A stretch of DNA of 64,000 nucleotides from Chloroflexota bacterium (GTDB lineage: Bacteria > Chloroflexota > Dehalococcoidia > Lucifugimonadales > UBA3495): assembly GCA_009837355.1 (NCBI GenBank), contig VXTR01000035.1, positions 49,531-113,530 on the forward strand, in the 5' to 3' direction. The notes beneath the pieces were generated by a model that did no database searches, was not told where the DNA came from, and was given only the letters and a program-made list of their open reading frames with translations. Below are positions 61,815 through 64,000 of the stretch, in pieces. How positions within the stretch are numbered: position 1 is the stretch's first letter; every line of letters begins with the position of its first letter. The position numbers and the translations under genes were made by a program.

Positions 61815-63122
61815 GTGCGTGTTCTGGTAGTCGGCTCCGGCGGTCGGGAGCACGCGCTGGCCTGGCGGTTGGCACGTTCGGAGTCGGTGAGCGAGCCGTT
61901 CGCCGCGCCGGGCAACTCCGGCACTGCCCTGGTGGGAACCAACCTGCCGGTATCCGACACCGACGTGGACGGCATCGTCGCCGCTGCAATCGCCCACGAC
62001 ATCGGCCTGGTGGTGATTGGGCCGGAGACGCCGCTGGCAATGGGCCTGTCCGACCGCCTGGCTGCTGCCGGCATCACCGCTTTCGGCCCCAGCCGGGCGG
62101 CGGCGCGGCTGGAATCCAGCAAGAGCTTTGCCCGCAGCGTGCTGGACGCCGCCGGCGTGCCCGGTCCGGACTACCGGGTATTCCAAAGCGTCAGCGGCGC
62201 GCTGAACTACGTGGATTCCCATGACCGCCCCGTGGTGGTGAAAGCCGATGGCCTGGCCGCCGGCAAAGGCGTCGCCCTCTGCGCCAATCGCGAGCAGGCC
62301 CACATCGCCATCCGCGCCTGCATGGAAGACCGGATCTTCGGCGATGCCGGGGCGACCGTAGTTGTCGAAGACTGGCTGCACGGCCCGGAGGTCAGCGTCT
62401 TCGGGTTCGCCGACGGCGAGAACCTGTCGGCGGTAACCGCGGCTACCGATTACAAGCGCATCGGCGAGGGCGGAACCGGCCCTAACACCGGCGGCATGGG
62501 CAGCTACGGGCCGCCACACTTCTGGAACGATGAACTGGCCGAGCAGATTCGCCAGGAGTATATGCTGCCCGTCATCAGGGAACTGGCCAACCGTAATGCC
62601 CCCTACCGGGGCGCGCTGTACTGCGGGCTGATGCTCACCGACGCCGGCCCTCGCGTGCTGGAGTTCAACTGCCGCTTCGGAGACCCGGAAACGCAGGTGG
62701 TAATGCCCCAGCTGCTCAGCGACCCGGTAGACGTGATGCTGGCCTGCGCCACCGGCAGCCTGCATGACGTTGCTCCGGTGCGCTGGTCGCAGCGGCCTGC
62801 CGTGGCAGTCGTCATGGTGTCCGACGGCTACCCCGGCCCGTATCAAACCGGGTTCCCCATTGCCGGCCTTGACGACGACCAAACCGACGACGTGATAGTG
62901 TTCCACGCCGGGGCCCAACTGGCCGATGACGGCAGCAACGCCGTGCTGACCGCCGGCGGCCGGGTGCTGGCCTGCGTGGGTCTGGGCGACACCGTTGACG
63001 AAGCCCGCAACCGGGCCTACCGCCGAATTGACGGCATCAGCTTTGAAGGCGCGTACCACCGCCCTGACATTGCGACTGAGGCCGCCGTCGCCATGGCCGG
63101 CGCGCAGGAATCAGCCTGTTGA
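61815..63122 (+). CDS. purD: Phosphoribosylamine--glycine ligase
   Basis: GSGGREHA, KADGLAAGKGV, NTGGMG, EFNCRFGDPE. Confidence 0.97.
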   Translation: MRVLVVGSGGREHALAWRLARSESVSEPFAAPGNSGTALVGTNLPVSDTDVDGIVAAAIAHDIGLVVIGPETPLAMGLSDRLAAAGITAFGPSRAAARLESSKSFARSVLDAAGVPGPDYRVFQSVSGALNYVDSHDRPVVVKADGLAAGKGVALCANREQAHIAIRACMEDRIFGDAGATVVVEDWLHGPEVSVFGFADGENLSAVTAATDYKRIGEGGTGPNTGGMGSYGPPHFWNDELAEQIRQEYMLPVIRELANRNAPYRGALYCGLMLTDAGPRVLEFNCRFGDPETQVVMPQLLSDPVDVMLACATGSLHDVAPVRWSQRPAVAVVMVSDGYPGPYQTGFPIAGLDDDQTDDVIVFHAGAQLADDGSNAVLTAGGRVLACVGLGDTVDEARNRAYRRIDGISFEGAYHRPDIATEAAVAMAGAQESAC

Positions 63123-63715
63123 TGCCACGCTCACCCAACATTCTCCCGGACTGGCCGGTGCTGGCGAGCGCTTTCCACAAAGCTGCCAATGCCGGCGAGC
63201 TGGACGCATTCCGCCGCCGCCGCTGGGGCAACAATGAAGTTGTGGCTTGGCTGGAGCAGGATGCTCTCACCGGCCTCACCGAAACGCAAGCTGGAACGCT
63301 TTACCGAGGCGCCGGCGGGCGACAAATCGCCAAGTTCCGCGCCAACCCCATCGAAGAAGTGCGCGATGCCGTGGACTTTCTGCTCTACGACACCATCAAG
63401 CTGGAAAACCGCTTTGAAGAGTGCGCCGTCGAAACCGGCGGCTTCGGCCTGGCCGGCGCCAGCAAGGAATGGCCGTCGTACCTGCTCGCGCTGCGGGAGC
63501 CGAGCCTCTTTGCGCCGTGGAGTCCCCATACCGAGCGGGCGCTGCGCCGCTGGGGTCTGTTGCCGGCCGGCTTCAAGGGCGGACACCCCGGCCTATGCTA
63601 CATTGACTTGCTGGACATTCTGCACGGCCTGCGGGTAAGAATCGGCTTGCCGGACTTTCGCAGCGTTGACGAATTCTGTTACTTTAACGGGCGTGTCAAA
63701 AAAGGCTCGACGTAG
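63122..63715 (+). CDS. Hypothetical helical protein
   Basis: Start overlaps the purD stop; SYLLALREP..FAPW..AL..G..Y..VDEFCYF. Confidence 0.7.
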   Translation: MPRSPNILPDWPVLASAFHKAANAGELDAFRRRRWGNNEVVAWLEQDALTGLTETQAGTLYRGAGGRQIAKFRANPIEEVRDAVDFLLYDTIKLENRFEECAVETGGFGLAGASKEWPSYLLALREPSLFAPWSPHTERALRRWGLLPAGFKGGHPGLCYIDLLDILHGLRVRIGLPDFRSVDEFCYFNGRVKKGST

Positions 63716-63756
63716 TCGTCGTAACAGCCTGACCGCCGAAACCGGAGGAACAATCG

Positions 63757-64000
63757 ATGCCCTGGCTTGATGACCTGAACCGCCTGCGTGTGCGCGTGGA
63801 TAACGAGGGCTACGGTCGGCAGATGTCCGAGGTCGCCGAGCGTCGCGGCCTGCTGGAAAAATACGCCGACGGCTTGGGCGTTGAGAAACTCTTGACGCAG
63901 ATGAACGACGTCCTGCTGGACGGCGGAGCCCGGCTCATCGTCGATCGCTCCTGGCAGTACGACTTCGAGGGGGACGATGACTCCGATTTTGAAGGACTCA
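63757..64000 (+). CDS. Hypothetical protein, 5' part (runs off window end)
   Basis: GGAGG RBS; MPWLDDLNRLRVRVDNEGYGRQ... open to the window edge. Confidence 0.7.
   Translation, partial: MPWLDDLNRLRVRVDNEGYGRQMSEVAERRGLLEKYADGLGVEKLLTQMNDVLLDGGARLIVDRSWQYDFEGDDDSDFEGL

Overview
High-GC bacterial chromosomal window with about 64 genes. The gene content (F420-type LLM, BKACE, xanthine-dehydrogenase-family and SDR enzymes, dimeric GlyRS, ApgM, DapL, PaREP1-like proteins, a GAAC-N4-GTTC box) suggests Chloroflexota/Dehalococcoidia, SAR202-like; this is inference. Mostly housekeeping: nfeD-SPFH, a his operon, birA, glyQS, a B12-riboswitch cobaltochelatase/cobalt-uptake operon, aroF, trpA, cysC, hppA, tsaC-pgk-apgM-tpiA-miaA-dapF-dapL-hflX and guaA-purD. 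Main highlight: a ~4.3 kb block between hisD and hisC containing (i) a single-chain restriction-modification enzyme with an extra acidic C-terminal tail resembling a MazF antitoxin, (ii) a MazF/PemK toxin starting 2 nt later with no separate antitoxin gene, and (iii) a ~380-nt candidate structured RNA with 63-nt-periodic hairpin modules, a long closing stem and a sigma70 promoter overlapped by a LexA-type box. Also notable: an unannotated Tyr/Phe-rich leader-peptide attenuator before DAHP synthase, several apparent pseudo-enzymes, a frameshifted rhomboid and several REP-like palindromes. No rRNA, tRNA, CRISPR array or transposase was recognised. All family calls were made by eye from motifs, with no database search.
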